From positions 3,884 to 67,883 of the forward strand of contig CANFPP010000008.1 in assembly GCA_947449005.1 (NCBI GenBank): a DNA stretch of 64,000 nucleotides, in the 5' to 3' direction. A program made the translations under genes and the position numbers. Within the stretch, counting starts at the first letter, position 1, and the number at the start of each line of letters is the position of its first letter. The DNA is from Holosporales bacterium. Lineage in GTDB: Bacteria; Pseudomonadota; Alphaproteobacteria; Paracaedibacterales; CANFPP01. Positions 22,087 through 30,874 of the stretch are shown in pieces. The notes under the pieces are model-generated. The model saw only the letters and a program-made list of their open reading frames with translations. It ran no database searches and was not told where the DNA came from.

Positions 22087-22653
22087 CTAAATGGTAAGTT
22101 GTTGTTCTTCATGAAGCTTGCTGGCTTCTAGCATTACCCAAGAGATAACCATTACAAGAATACCACAAAAGAGTGCTTCTATGTTTGGTGTCCCGAAGCT
22201 TAGGCTGATATAACGATGTCCTGGTGGGTTGGACAAGGTGGTGGCCAGAATCATAAGCATATCACCAATTGGTGTTGCAAGAAGAGCATCAAGAAAGAAG
22301 AATATTCCCAGGCGTCTATAGTGTTGCGCATTCGTGATCGTAAAGATTTTACCTTTTTGATAGTTCTGAAAAATAGATTTGAGTGAGAATAAGCTTAAAA
22401 AAATTGGTAATGCCCCTAAAATGCAGGCGATAAAACCAATAATTTTTGAAGTTGATGTCCACTTGATTTGCGATAAACTTACAAATCCTTCTGGCGTTTG
22501 TATTTGCTTAAACAAGAAACTATTTGAAATTAGATTTTTCATAAACTCTGTTTCTATGAAAAGCCATGTCAGCACGGCGATGAGGGGTAGTGCTAGTATG
22601 AGCACATTAAAAACCATTAACAGATATGAGCTGATTTTTTGAATTCTATGCAT
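22087..22653 (-). CDS. DUF2975-family membrane protein
   Basis: 4 TM, IFT..N, ending L.EEQQLTI; directly upstream of a YozG HTH gene, the usual pairing. Confidence 0.85.
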   Translation of the reverse strand: MHRIQKISSYLLMVFNVLILALPLIAVLTWLFIETEFMKNLISNSFLFKQIQTPEGFVSLSQIKWTSTSKIIGFIACILGALPIFLSLFSLKSIFQNYQKGKIFTITNAQHYRRLGIFFFLDALLATPIGDMLMILATTLSNPPGHRYISLSFGTPNIEALFCGILVMVISWVMLEASKLHEEQQLTI

Positions 22654-22840
22654 GGGGTTGTTCCTTGTGGTTTCTTGATCATAATGTCTTAATCTAAAAA
22701 CAACATATATCTTCTTGATTCGAAAAACAACTATTTTTTATTGTTTATCGATGAAAAAATCACGAAAAATAAAAACTTTGGTACTTTAGTAAAAACTTGA
22801 TTGATTTTAAGTCAGTAAAACAGTACACATTATAAATCCA

Positions 22841-22916
22841 GTCCCCATCGTCTAGAGGCCTAGGACACCGCCCTTTCAAGGCGGCAGCACGGGTTCGAAT
22901 CCCGTTGGGGACGCCA
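22841..22916 (+). tRNA. tRNA-Glu (UUC)
   Basis: GTCCCCATCGTCTAGAGGCCTAGGACACCGCCCT-TTC-AAGGCGG...GGTTCGAATCCCGTTGGGGACGCCA. Confidence 0.97.
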
Positions 22917-23019
22917 AATGTATTTTTTTTGTAAAATACAGCATCTTAAGGCTTTTAAGTTTTTGTTTGTGTGTTAGTCTTAAGATAATAAAAACTTATT
23001 CATTCTGAGACTTATTTTT

Positions 23020-24036
23020 ATGAACAACCTTCTCGATGTCGTGGCAATTGGGAACGCTATTGTTGATTTATTGTGTTTTGTTGACAATGATTTCTTAGCT
23101 GTAAATGGCCTAAAGAAAGGCACAATGCAGCAAATTACAGAACAAGAATCTACGCGGCTTTTGAGTTTGGTTACGCCAAGTTTTTGCTGCGCAGGTGGTT
23201 CTGCAGCAAATTCTATAGCTGGCATTGCTTCTCTTGGTGGTCAATCTGCTTTCATTGGCTGTGTTAACAATGATGACTTTGGCCAAATCTTTATTAAATC
23301 AATCTGTGAAAATGGTATCAGATTCGCAACACCTCCTACAGAAAATGGTCCCAAAACAGGTGTTTGTATTGTTTTTATTACGCCTGATGCGGAACGCACA
23401 ATGGCAACATATCTTGGAGCTTCGATAGAGCTGGGCGTTGATAATATTTCTTCTGAGATTGTTGCAAACTCAAGAATTACTTATTTAGAGGGCTACCTCT
23501 TCGATCCACCAACAGCACAACAGGCCAATATTAAAGCGGCTAAAATTGCAAAAGAAGCAGGCCAAATCGTAGCGATGGGCTTATGTGATGTTATTTGTAT
23601 TGAGCGTCACCGCAGCACATTTGTTGATTTCATAAAGCATAATGTTGATATTCTGATTGCGAACAACATAGAGGCTCTTTCATTCATGGAAACTCAAGAT
23701 TTGAATGTTGCTATTGGTGAGCTCTCTAAGCTTGCTGACCATGTTGTTATTACCACAGGTTCTGAAGGTTCACTAATTGTGACAAATCAAGAAACACATC
23801 AAATTGATCCTTTGAATGTGGAAAATATTATTGATACGACCGGGGCGGGTGATCTTTATGCTGGAGGATTTCTATATGGAATTTCTCAAGGATTTGACCC
23901 TATAACTGCTGGGAAAATTGCAACTTTAGCAGCAAGTGAAGTTATTACTCATTCAGGAGCACGGCCTCAAACTGTTCTTCAGCATCTTGTTGATCAAGGA
24001 AGTCATACAAAAATTTCATCGAGAAAGTTATCTTGA
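23020..24036 (+). CDS. PfkB-family carbohydrate kinase (adenosine-kinase-like)
   Basis: GNAIVD, GGSAAN, ERTMATYLGA, YLEGYLFD, DTTGAGD. Confidence 0.9.
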   Translation: MNNLLDVVAIGNAIVDLLCFVDNDFLAVNGLKKGTMQQITEQESTRLLSLVTPSFCCAGGSAANSIAGIASLGGQSAFIGCVNNDDFGQIFIKSICENGIRFATPPTENGPKTGVCIVFITPDAERTMATYLGASIELGVDNISSEIVANSRITYLEGYLFDPPTAQQANIKAAKIAKEAGQIVAMGLCDVICIERHRSTFVDFIKHNVDILIANNIEALSFMETQDLNVAIGELSKLADHVVITTGSEGSLIVTNQETHQIDPLNVENIIDTTGAGDLYAGGFLYGISQGFDPITAGKIATLAASEVITHSGARPQTVLQHLVDQGSHTKISSRKLS

Positions 24037-24659
24037 GAAGAGTAAAGCTTCCAGGATTTACCTTAATTGAGCTAGCAATGGTGTTAATGATTATTGGTAT
24101 CATTGCGGGTGCTGTTTTTAAGGGTCAAGATCTGTTGGAGTCAGCAAAAGTGCGTGCAACTCTTAGTGATTTTAATCGTTATAAAATGGCTGTGATGTTT
24201 TATCAAGAAACTTATGGAGCATTGCCTGGAGATGATAATGAAGCTCAATCTCGGTTTGGTAATGGTGTTCCTGGTGGAAATGGCAATGGTTTAATCCAAG
24301 GAAATGAAACTGCATATTTCTGGGTTCATTTATTTAAAGCTGGTCAAGTTTCAAGCGATAAATCTCCTGCTTCAAAAATGGGTGGAAAGTTTAGTGTTGT
24401 TTCTGGGCCAACAAGTCAATTTCCTGGTAATTGGTTAATGCTAGGCAAAGAAAATGGCGAGAGTGCAGATGGCGCACTTTTGACGCCAAAGCAAGCTCAG
24501 ATGTTGAAAATAAAAGGAGACGAAGGGAATACAAAACCTGATGAAGGTATTTTCCGAGTTACTGAAGGAAAAGGTGTTGCTGCGGGTCAATGTATTCGGG
24601 ATCATCAATTTAATTTATCAAACTCAGCGCCGGCTTGTATTGTACTATTACAGCTTTAA
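24033..24659 (+). CDS. Prepilin-type N-methylation domain protein (pilin/pseudopilin-like)
   Basis: G-FTLIELAMVLMIIGII class III signal; LPGD, GNGNG. Confidence 0.85.
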   Translation: MRRVKLPGFTLIELAMVLMIIGIIAGAVFKGQDLLESAKVRATLSDFNRYKMAVMFYQETYGALPGDDNEAQSRFGNGVPGGNGNGLIQGNETAYFWVHLFKAGQVSSDKSPASKMGGKFSVVSGPTSQFPGNWLMLGKENGESADGALLTPKQAQMLKIKGDEGNTKPDEGIFRVTEGKGVAAGQCIRDHQFNLSNSAPACIVLLQL

Positions 24660-24845
24660 CCACGTAATTAGCAAAACTGTAATCAAGAAAAACATAACCA
24701 TAGATACTAAAAAGCGTTCTGGCCATGAAGGGTTTTTAGGGATTTCTTCCTGAGTTTTTTCAATATCAATTTCTCCCCATTCGTTGGTTTTTAAGGCACG
24801 TTTTTTCTTGTAGTTTGATAAATTAATTACTTTTTTAGAGTCCAT
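24648..24845 (-). CDS. Small hypothetical membrane protein
   Basis: GGAG RBS upstream, KVINL.NY N-terminus, single C-terminal TM. Confidence 0.5.
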   Translation of the reverse strand: MDSKKVINLSNYKKKRALKTNEWGEIDIEKTQEEIPKNPSWPERFLVSMVMFFLITVLLITWLKL

Positions 24846-24904
24846 ACATTCTTCTCCAGAGGGAAATTCATTGTATTATAACCATGATTTAGGGTGTTAG
24901 GGTA

Positions 24905-25069
24905 TATACCTTTTATGAACGAAGATACCTGTTTTTAAGTTGATCTTTTGATCATTAATTATCGCTTTTAAAATCTTAGGTAGAATGAGCTATCTGCGAT
25001 TTTATAAACTCTATTTCTGCTCAAAATCTCTGCCTTAAATTCCAGGCATCTTCATTCATAAAAGGTATG
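24905..25069. mobile_element. ~165-bp MITE-like palindromic element, copy 2
   Basis: TATACCTTTTATGAACGAAGAT ... ATCTTCATTCATAAAAGGTAT; interior nearly identical to 9078-9242. Confidence 0.85.
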
Positions 25070-25096
25070 TTTTTAAGTTCGTGTGGAGTGAGAAAA

Positions 25097-25687
25097 TTGG
25101 ATAAAGAAAATTTACTAAAATTGCTTGGCGCGGCACAAGCATTTGATGCGGTAGAAAAAGGTCACATCCAATCTACTGTTGAGTTTGTTTTGAATAACCC
25201 TGATCCCTTTAATTCTGAGAATTGTGTGGGGCATGTGACAGCGTCAGCCTGGATCTTAGATGCGAGTTTGCAGAATGCTTTGCTGACCCATCACGCAAAG
25301 CTTCAGCGCTGGTTTCAATTAGGCGGTCACGTAGAGCCTTCTGATAAAACAATTATGTCAGCAGCCTTGCGTGAGGCAGCTGAAGAGTCTGGACTAAAGG
25401 ACCTGAAGTTTAAAGATGAAATGGGTATCTTTGATGTGGATGTACACTTAATTCCGGCCAATAAAAAAGGCATGCCTGATCATTTTCATTATGACATACG
25501 ATTCCTTTTTACGACAGATTTTCCTGACGATATGGTTGTTAGTGAAGAATCTTTAGATTTGGCATGGGTGTCATTATCACATGCAATTGAAATCTCTACT
25601 AATGCATCGATAGTTCGAATGGTTAATAAAACGCTTAAAATGACATCAGTTAAATATGGTGGTGAGCTGGATGCGAAAGGGTTTTAA
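25097..25687 (+). CDS. NUDIX hydrolase (probable TTG start; the ORF-track ATG 25067 lies in the MITE end)
   Basis: GHVTASAW, WFQLGGH...AALREAAEESGL Nudix box, HFHYDIRF. Confidence 0.9.
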   Translation: MDKENLLKLLGAAQAFDAVEKGHIQSTVEFVLNNPDPFNSENCVGHVTASAWILDASLQNALLTHHAKLQRWFQLGGHVEPSDKTIMSAALREAAEESGLKDLKFKDEMGIFDVDVHLIPANKKGMPDHFHYDIRFLFTTDFPDDMVVSEESLDLAWVSLSHAIEISTNASIVRMVNKTLKMTSVKYGGELDAKGF

Positions 25688-26528
25688 TTGTTTTGTGAAG
25701 TTTTTCGAAAGCCTTTACTTCGATTTGCCTGACGCGCTCACGTGATATTTTGTATTTATCACTTAATGCTTCGAGGGTGTGCGGCGGCTCTGTTAATCGG
25801 CGATCAACGAGAATTAAGTGCTCACGCTCGTTTAGGCAAGAAATTGCTTTATTAAACAAATCTTGGCGTTTTGTGACTTCATCTTTATGAGCAAGCTGAA
25901 TTTCTTGATTATCGCTTTCGTCGGAAATCCATTCAATCCATTCCATCGTACTGTCACTGTCTGTGCTAACAGGTGTATTAAGAGAATAGTCTTTGCCTGA
26001 AAGACGATTGTCCATTTGTATAACTTCTTCTTCTTTTACATCTAGTTTTTTTGCAATGTAGGTGATGTGTTCTTGGGTTAAGTAATTATCATCAGAACGA
26101 TTGAGGTTGTGTTTTGTTTTTCGCAGATTAAAAAATAATTTTTTTTGGGCTGAGGTTGTTCCTATTTTTACCAGAGACCAGCTCTTTAGGATGTATTCTT
26201 GCATGCTAGCCCTGATCCACCACATGGCGTAGGTTGAAAAGCGAAAGCCTTTTTCATGATCATAATGATTCATTGCTTGCATCATCCCCAGATTACCTTC
26301 AGCGATAAGATCTGTGACGGGGAGGCCATAGCCTCTGTATCCATCTGCAATTTTGGCGACTAATCGCAAATGGCTTGAAATTAGGCGGTCGACGGCCTTT
26401 GAATCTCCAGATTCCCGCCATTTTTTTGCAAGCTGCGATTCTTCCTCAACTGTTAATAGAGGAATGCCCCTAATTTTTTTAATATAGTGGTGGTGAGAAT
26501 CAGTATCATAAGTGCCTGTGTTTGCCAT
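25650..26528 (-). CDS. rpoH: RNA polymerase sigma factor RpoH (sigma-32)
   Basis: SHLRLVAKIA, YRGYGLP, WSLVKIGTT, RpoH box QKKLFFNLR, SRERVRQIE. Confidence 0.95.
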   Translation of the reverse strand: MANTGTYDTDSHHHYIKKIRGIPLLTVEEESQLAKKWRESGDSKAVDRLISSHLRLVAKIADGYRGYGLPVTDLIAEGNLGMMQAMNHYDHEKGFRFSTYAMWWIRASMQEYILKSWSLVKIGTTSAQKKLFFNLRKTKHNLNRSDDNYLTQEHITYIAKKLDVKEEEVIQMDNRLSGKDYSLNTPVSTDSDSTMEWIEWISDESDNQEIQLAHKDEVTKRQDLFNKAISCLNEREHLILVDRRLTEPPHTLEALSDKYKISRERVRQIEVKAFEKLHKTIKTLSHPAHHHI

Positions 26529-26593
26529 AAATACCTGCTTTGACTACAAAACCAAACCTTATGGTATGAAAGATTTATCCTTCTTGCAAATTT

Positions 26594-27598
26594 TTAATTA
26601 AATTCTTGTATAATTTCTAATAAATTTTCTAAATCTTCAGGTAGCTCAGTGGTGAAATACATTTGCTCTTCTGATCGAGGGTGGATAAATCTTAAGGTAA
26701 CTGCGTGTAAGGCCTGTCTTGGAAATTCTAACACTTCTTTAGGCCAAACTTTTTCTAGAGATTTAGGAAATGATTTTCGGCCGTAAGTCGGATCGCCAAC
26801 AACAGGAAAGCCTAGGAAATTAAGGTGTACTCGAATTTGGTGAGTTCGCCCTGTTCCTAAAACACATTTCACAAGGCTGATTGCATCTTTTGGTCTGTCT
26901 TCTGGAACAAAAGATTGCTTACATTTGTAATGTGTTACAGCAGTTTTTCCTGAGATCGCTTTGACAACGGCCATTTTCTGACGATTGCGTTGATCTCGCC
27001 CAATCAAAGTTGTGATGGTGCCTGTAAGCGGTTGAGGAACGCCCCAAACTAAAGCTACATAGGTACGCTCTAGTGTTTTTTTGTCGCCCTGCTTAGAGAA
27101 CTGCTCGGATAAAAAACGATGCGCATAATCATTTTTGGCAACAACCATTAGTCCGCTTGTTTGTTTATCTAGACGGTGGACAATGCCTGGACGGATCACG
27201 CCGCCTATGCCTGATAAACGATCGCCACAATGCGCGAGTAATGCATTCACCAAAGTTTGATCATAATTCCCAGGCGCAGGATGAACAACCATGCCTGCCG
27301 CTTTATTAATGACAATAACATCATCGTCTTCATGGAGAATTTCAATGGGAATTAATTGTGGTTCCGGTATTGCGGCAATTGCGGCAGGAACAGAAATTGT
27401 GTAAATCTCTCCAGTCTTTACCTTAGCGGAAGCGTCGTCAAAAGGAGTGCCATTCTTGCAAACTAAGTTTTGCTTGATTAGATCCTGAAGCCGTTTACGG
27501 CTCATTTCCGGTGCTTTGCTTACAAGGAATTTATCAAGACGTGTTCCTTCGTCTTCTAATGTTACTTCAAGAGTAATTAATGAGCTAGTAATGGTCAA
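26594..27598 (-). CDS. rluD: RluA-family pseudouridine synthase RluD
   Basis: S4 domain, RPGIVHRLDKQTSG, TGRTHQIRVH, RQALHA; upstream of rpoH. Confidence 0.92.
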   Translation of the reverse strand: MTITSSLITLEVTLEDEGTRLDKFLVSKAPEMSRKRLQDLIKQNLVCKNGTPFDDASAKVKTGEIYTISVPAAIAAIPEPQLIPIEILHEDDDVIVINKAAGMVVHPAPGNYDQTLVNALLAHCGDRLSGIGGVIRPGIVHRLDKQTSGLMVVAKNDYAHRFLSEQFSKQGDKKTLERTYVALVWGVPQPLTGTITTLIGRDQRNRQKMAVVKAISGKTAVTHYKCKQSFVPEDRPKDAISLVKCVLGTGRTHQIRVHLNFLGFPVVGDPTYGRKSFPKSLEKVWPKEVLEFPRQALHAVTLRFIHPRSEEQMYFTTELPEDLENLLEIIQEFN

Positions 27599-27751
27599 AC
27601 CTGTACGTATTTTAAGTTAGTTATATTTTGTATAGCTTATTTTTGTAGAAAAGCCTTGCAAATTAGGAGGCGCACTGCTCAATTTACCAGATTTTACTGT
27701 GCAAACTACTGTGCAGAAGCTGTGAGGTCAATATTTGCACAGTAAAACTTT

Positions 27752-27799
27752 AAAAAACCATGCAGAATTAGTATGTGAAACTAATCTTGCATGGTTTTT
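27752..27799 (-). terminator. Terminator hairpin at the end of tssG
   Basis: AAAAACCATGCAGAATTAG...CTAATCTTGCATGGTTTTT. Confidence 0.65.
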
Positions 27800-28829
27800 A
27801 GCTTAGCAAGTTTATGTGCATAGAAACCCGCAAGTCTTTAGGAGGGGTTTTTGTGGTTTTCAGCCAAGTGTTTTGGCCGAGTGAGAGCTCGCGATTCAGG
27901 CGGACTGGCACCATTGTGCGTTTGTTTAGAATTAAGCAGAGAGTGATGTTGGCGTGAAAGCCAACGTAGAAATAGCATAAATCACGGAGCTCTTGATAAT
28001 GTTTTCCATCATTGTTGGGAAGAAAGTCGCAAAACTTCTCCCAATTTAAGGGGCCGATATTTATGGTGATGCCTGAGGTCTGGTCCCAAGTTTTGCTGCC
28101 GAGAATCATGGACTGGCCGAGTCTTTGGTGTTGGCCGCTTATGCCGATAACGCTTAAATCTTCGGGAATGCCCTGACGCCATTTTCCTTGAAATTGATCA
28201 ATTTTAATTGGAACATTAAAATGAGAATTCAGTATTTTCCCAAGGCCACTGACGGAACGCAGCCGCTGCCAGAATAAGGTGTGGTAGGACATAAGAGTTT
28301 GATCAGGAACAGCTAAAAGATTCCGAGATTTATCAAGTCCAATGAGGTTCAGCAGAACTTCGCCCAAGGGATTTTCTTGGGGGGGGATTTGTGCGACACC
28401 TACACTAATCTTTTTGCGCAGGCGATACCAAAGAGAAGCTAAACGATGATTAAAAATATCGAGAAAATCACGAAGAGCCATATCTTTGCTGCGGATACGA
28501 TCAATCAGCATTTCGGTATAAGGGGTTGGTAGAGGCCCTTGAATTCCAGCCAAACCTAGAAAATTAATCCATAAGATCGGTTTGCCACTATGACTGTGGT
28601 CCATCTGAACTTGATGAATATCGCTAGAGGATACGGCTAGAGTTACTCTCGATTTAATTTCAAAAGCTTCCTTACTCGGATCGCTACCTTCACCAATAGG
28701 GGTGCTGTTCGGAGCGAATCTTTCAAGAATATTGATAGCTTGATGAAAATCAAACTCATGCGCTTGATCGATTAAAGCGGACCTTAAAGGAGTGTCTGCT
28801 CGCCCGACAATGGTTTCCATTTCATCCAA
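27798..28829 (-). CDS. tssG: Type VI secretion baseplate subunit TssG
   Basis: FDFHQA, FLGLAGIQGPLP..YTE, DFLDIFNHRL; overlaps the end of tssF. Confidence 0.93.
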   Translation of the reverse strand: MDEMETIVGRADTPLRSALIDQAHEFDFHQAINILERFAPNSTPIGEGSDPSKEAFEIKSRVTLAVSSSDIHQVQMDHSHSGKPILWINFLGLAGIQGPLPTPYTEMLIDRIRSKDMALRDFLDIFNHRLASLWYRLRKKISVGVAQIPPQENPLGEVLLNLIGLDKSRNLLAVPDQTLMSYHTLFWQRLRSVSGLGKILNSHFNVPIKIDQFQGKWRQGIPEDLSVIGISGQHQRLGQSMILGSKTWDQTSGITINIGPLNWEKFCDFLPNNDGKHYQELRDLCYFYVGFHANITLCLILNKRTMVPVRLNRELSLGQNTWLKTTKTPPKDLRVSMHINLLS

Positions 28830-30610
28830 TCGCCTTTCTCCTCAGTGCTTTGAAGTTTTAATTCAATAAATGAATTAATTGAAACCTGCAGGGCAAAATA
28901 ATGGCGCAAAACTGCTGCCAATAAAAAGGGACTGCCTCCAGATTGTGATCGATCTTTTAAGGTTAATGTAAGCTCAAGTCCATTAACAAAACCGCGCCAC
29001 GCTTGATTGCCAATGCGTCTAACAATCGGTTTTATTGTTAAACTATGAATGGACTCAATTTCATGATGCCTGTGGCTAGAGCCAGGTCCTGCATAAAGAT
29101 TAAGTGTTTCTTTTAGGGCCGTAACAGAAGATTCTCCAGCTGTTAAAGAGAGATGATTAATTGATAATTGAGAAATTAAGCGCCATAAAGTTTCGCCGTC
29201 CGTTGGGGAATAAACTTGCGGAACAGGCTTATCTAAACAAATGATTTGAGTAATCGGAATTGAATCTTCTGTTTGCAAATGAGTTCCCTCAGGTATTTGT
29301 TCTGGTAGAAATCGATTCGTGCAGAGGGTTTGGGCGTAGATAATTTGGTTGGGCGGTAAGGCCGGATTAAATTTCAAATCAACGAACGATAAAAACATAT
29401 CTGTGCCTTGAACGTCACGTGCCTCGGCTGATGTTCGGCGCGATAGCCAGTACATAGAATCTTCATCGACGATTGATTTGTGATTAAATGAGAAATAGGG
29501 GCTGACGACATCAGGTGTGTTTTTTCCATCTGTTGCTGAAATCACATCTAGAATTGTATGAATCTCTGTGGTGCGGTCACGCCTTTGATCAGGAATAAGA
29601 CGATATTCACTTTTACGATGATCAAGTCGAAACGGATCCGTTGTCTTTGGAAATAAATTTACAATAGGACTGCAGCCGAGCAAAAAATTTTCAGGGCCAA
29701 TTTTTTTATGAATGAAATCTTCAACGTCTTTTAACGGAATTAAGAGAGTGATTTCTTTCTGTTCTTCATCGATTCTTTTTTGTATTGCATCTAAATGGTC
29801 TATTTTAAAAAATAAAAATTTTTCAGGAAAATGAAAATACTCTTGTAACAATTGATATGCAGGTGTGGTGTGTTTTGGGGAGGGCATTGTTAATTCAGAC
29901 TCAGAAAAGCCTATTGGTGTAATTGTGCTCTCTGGTAAGTGCGCAGCATTTTTTCCATCATTTACGCAAAAAAGCTTTGGATTAAGGGTTGAGAAAAGAC
30001 TTTCATAGATCAAAAAGCTCAAGGCTCGGTCTGCCTTAATATGGAATGTTAATTCATTAATTTTAAGATCAATGAATTTTTCCTTAGAGTGTAGAACCAA
30101 GCGTAAATACCAAGGGTTTTCGCCGCTAGCTGTATTAAAATTGTAAGTGTCGCTTGGAATTAAATCTGCGGTCTTAACTTCAATAGGCCAAAGGGTGATA
30201 GGATAAACGGTTTGAAAACGGCACGTAACATTTTCTTGGGCATTGGCAAATAGAGAAGTTGATTTGGGAATTTCAAACCCGGAAGTGAGTGTCCCCTTAT
30301 TGGGATCGGCCTGAAACTGTGCAATTGCCATAGCGGGAATGGGGGCAATTAAATGAGGATACAAAACACTTAAGAGGGCTGCTGCTGTTTGAGGATGACG
30401 ATCATCAATTTCCTTGCTGAGTCTGGCTGATAAAAAGGCGAAAGATTCAAGCAGGCGTTCTAGGTGAGGATCGGGTGATTCTCCGCCTGTTAGCTCTAAG
30501 CGTCTGGCAATTTTAGGATGATTCTTTGCGAAGATAGCGCCAGAATTGCGTAAGTAATCTAACTCACGATTATAGTAACTTAGAAATTGATCTTCATAGT
30601 TTTGAGACAC
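28784..30610 (-). CDS. tssF: Type VI secretion baseplate subunit TssF
   Basis: YYNREL.YLR, DPHLERLLESFAFLSAR, LLQEYFHFPEKF, WRLISQLSINHLSL, SINSF. Confidence 0.95.
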   Translation of the reverse strand: MSQNYEDQFLSYYNRELDYLRNSGAIFAKNHPKIARRLELTGGESPDPHLERLLESFAFLSARLSKEIDDRHPQTAAALLSVLYPHLIAPIPAMAIAQFQADPNKGTLTSGFEIPKSTSLFANAQENVTCRFQTVYPITLWPIEVKTADLIPSDTYNFNTASGENPWYLRLVLHSKEKFIDLKINELTFHIKADRALSFLIYESLFSTLNPKLFCVNDGKNAAHLPESTITPIGFSESELTMPSPKHTTPAYQLLQEYFHFPEKFLFFKIDHLDAIQKRIDEEQKEITLLIPLKDVEDFIHKKIGPENFLLGCSPIVNLFPKTTDPFRLDHRKSEYRLIPDQRRDRTTEIHTILDVISATDGKNTPDVVSPYFSFNHKSIVDEDSMYWLSRRTSAEARDVQGTDMFLSFVDLKFNPALPPNQIIYAQTLCTNRFLPEQIPEGTHLQTEDSIPITQIICLDKPVPQVYSPTDGETLWRLISQLSINHLSLTAGESSVTALKETLNLYAGPGSSHRHHEIESIHSLTIKPIVRRIGNQAWRGFVNGLELTLTLKDRSQSGGSPFLLAAVLRHYFALQVSINSFIELKLQSTEEKGDWMKWKPLSGEQTLL

Positions 30611-30819
30611 AAGCTATCCGCAATTTAATTCATTTTATTTAAAATTATATCTTTTTTGTCTGAATAATCAAAATGAATTCGAGAGAATAGTTTAAAGATC
30701 GAGCGGTACGTAGAAAACAGCAAGGGATACTGTTGGTTACTTGGAGTGTATCTGAATAATTGGTGTAATGTTAAATGAGGTTCATATTAGCTAAATTGTA
30801 CAGATATCAATATCTATTG

Positions 30820-30848
30820 TTGACATTATTGCTACCCATTACTATATA
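30820..30848 (+). promoter_or_regulatory. Putative sigma70 promoter
   Basis: TTGACA-17 nt-TATATA upstream of the AAGGA RBS of ORF 30875. Confidence 0.4.
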
Positions 30849-30874
30849 CAGCTTATGATCATTTAAGGATTTTT

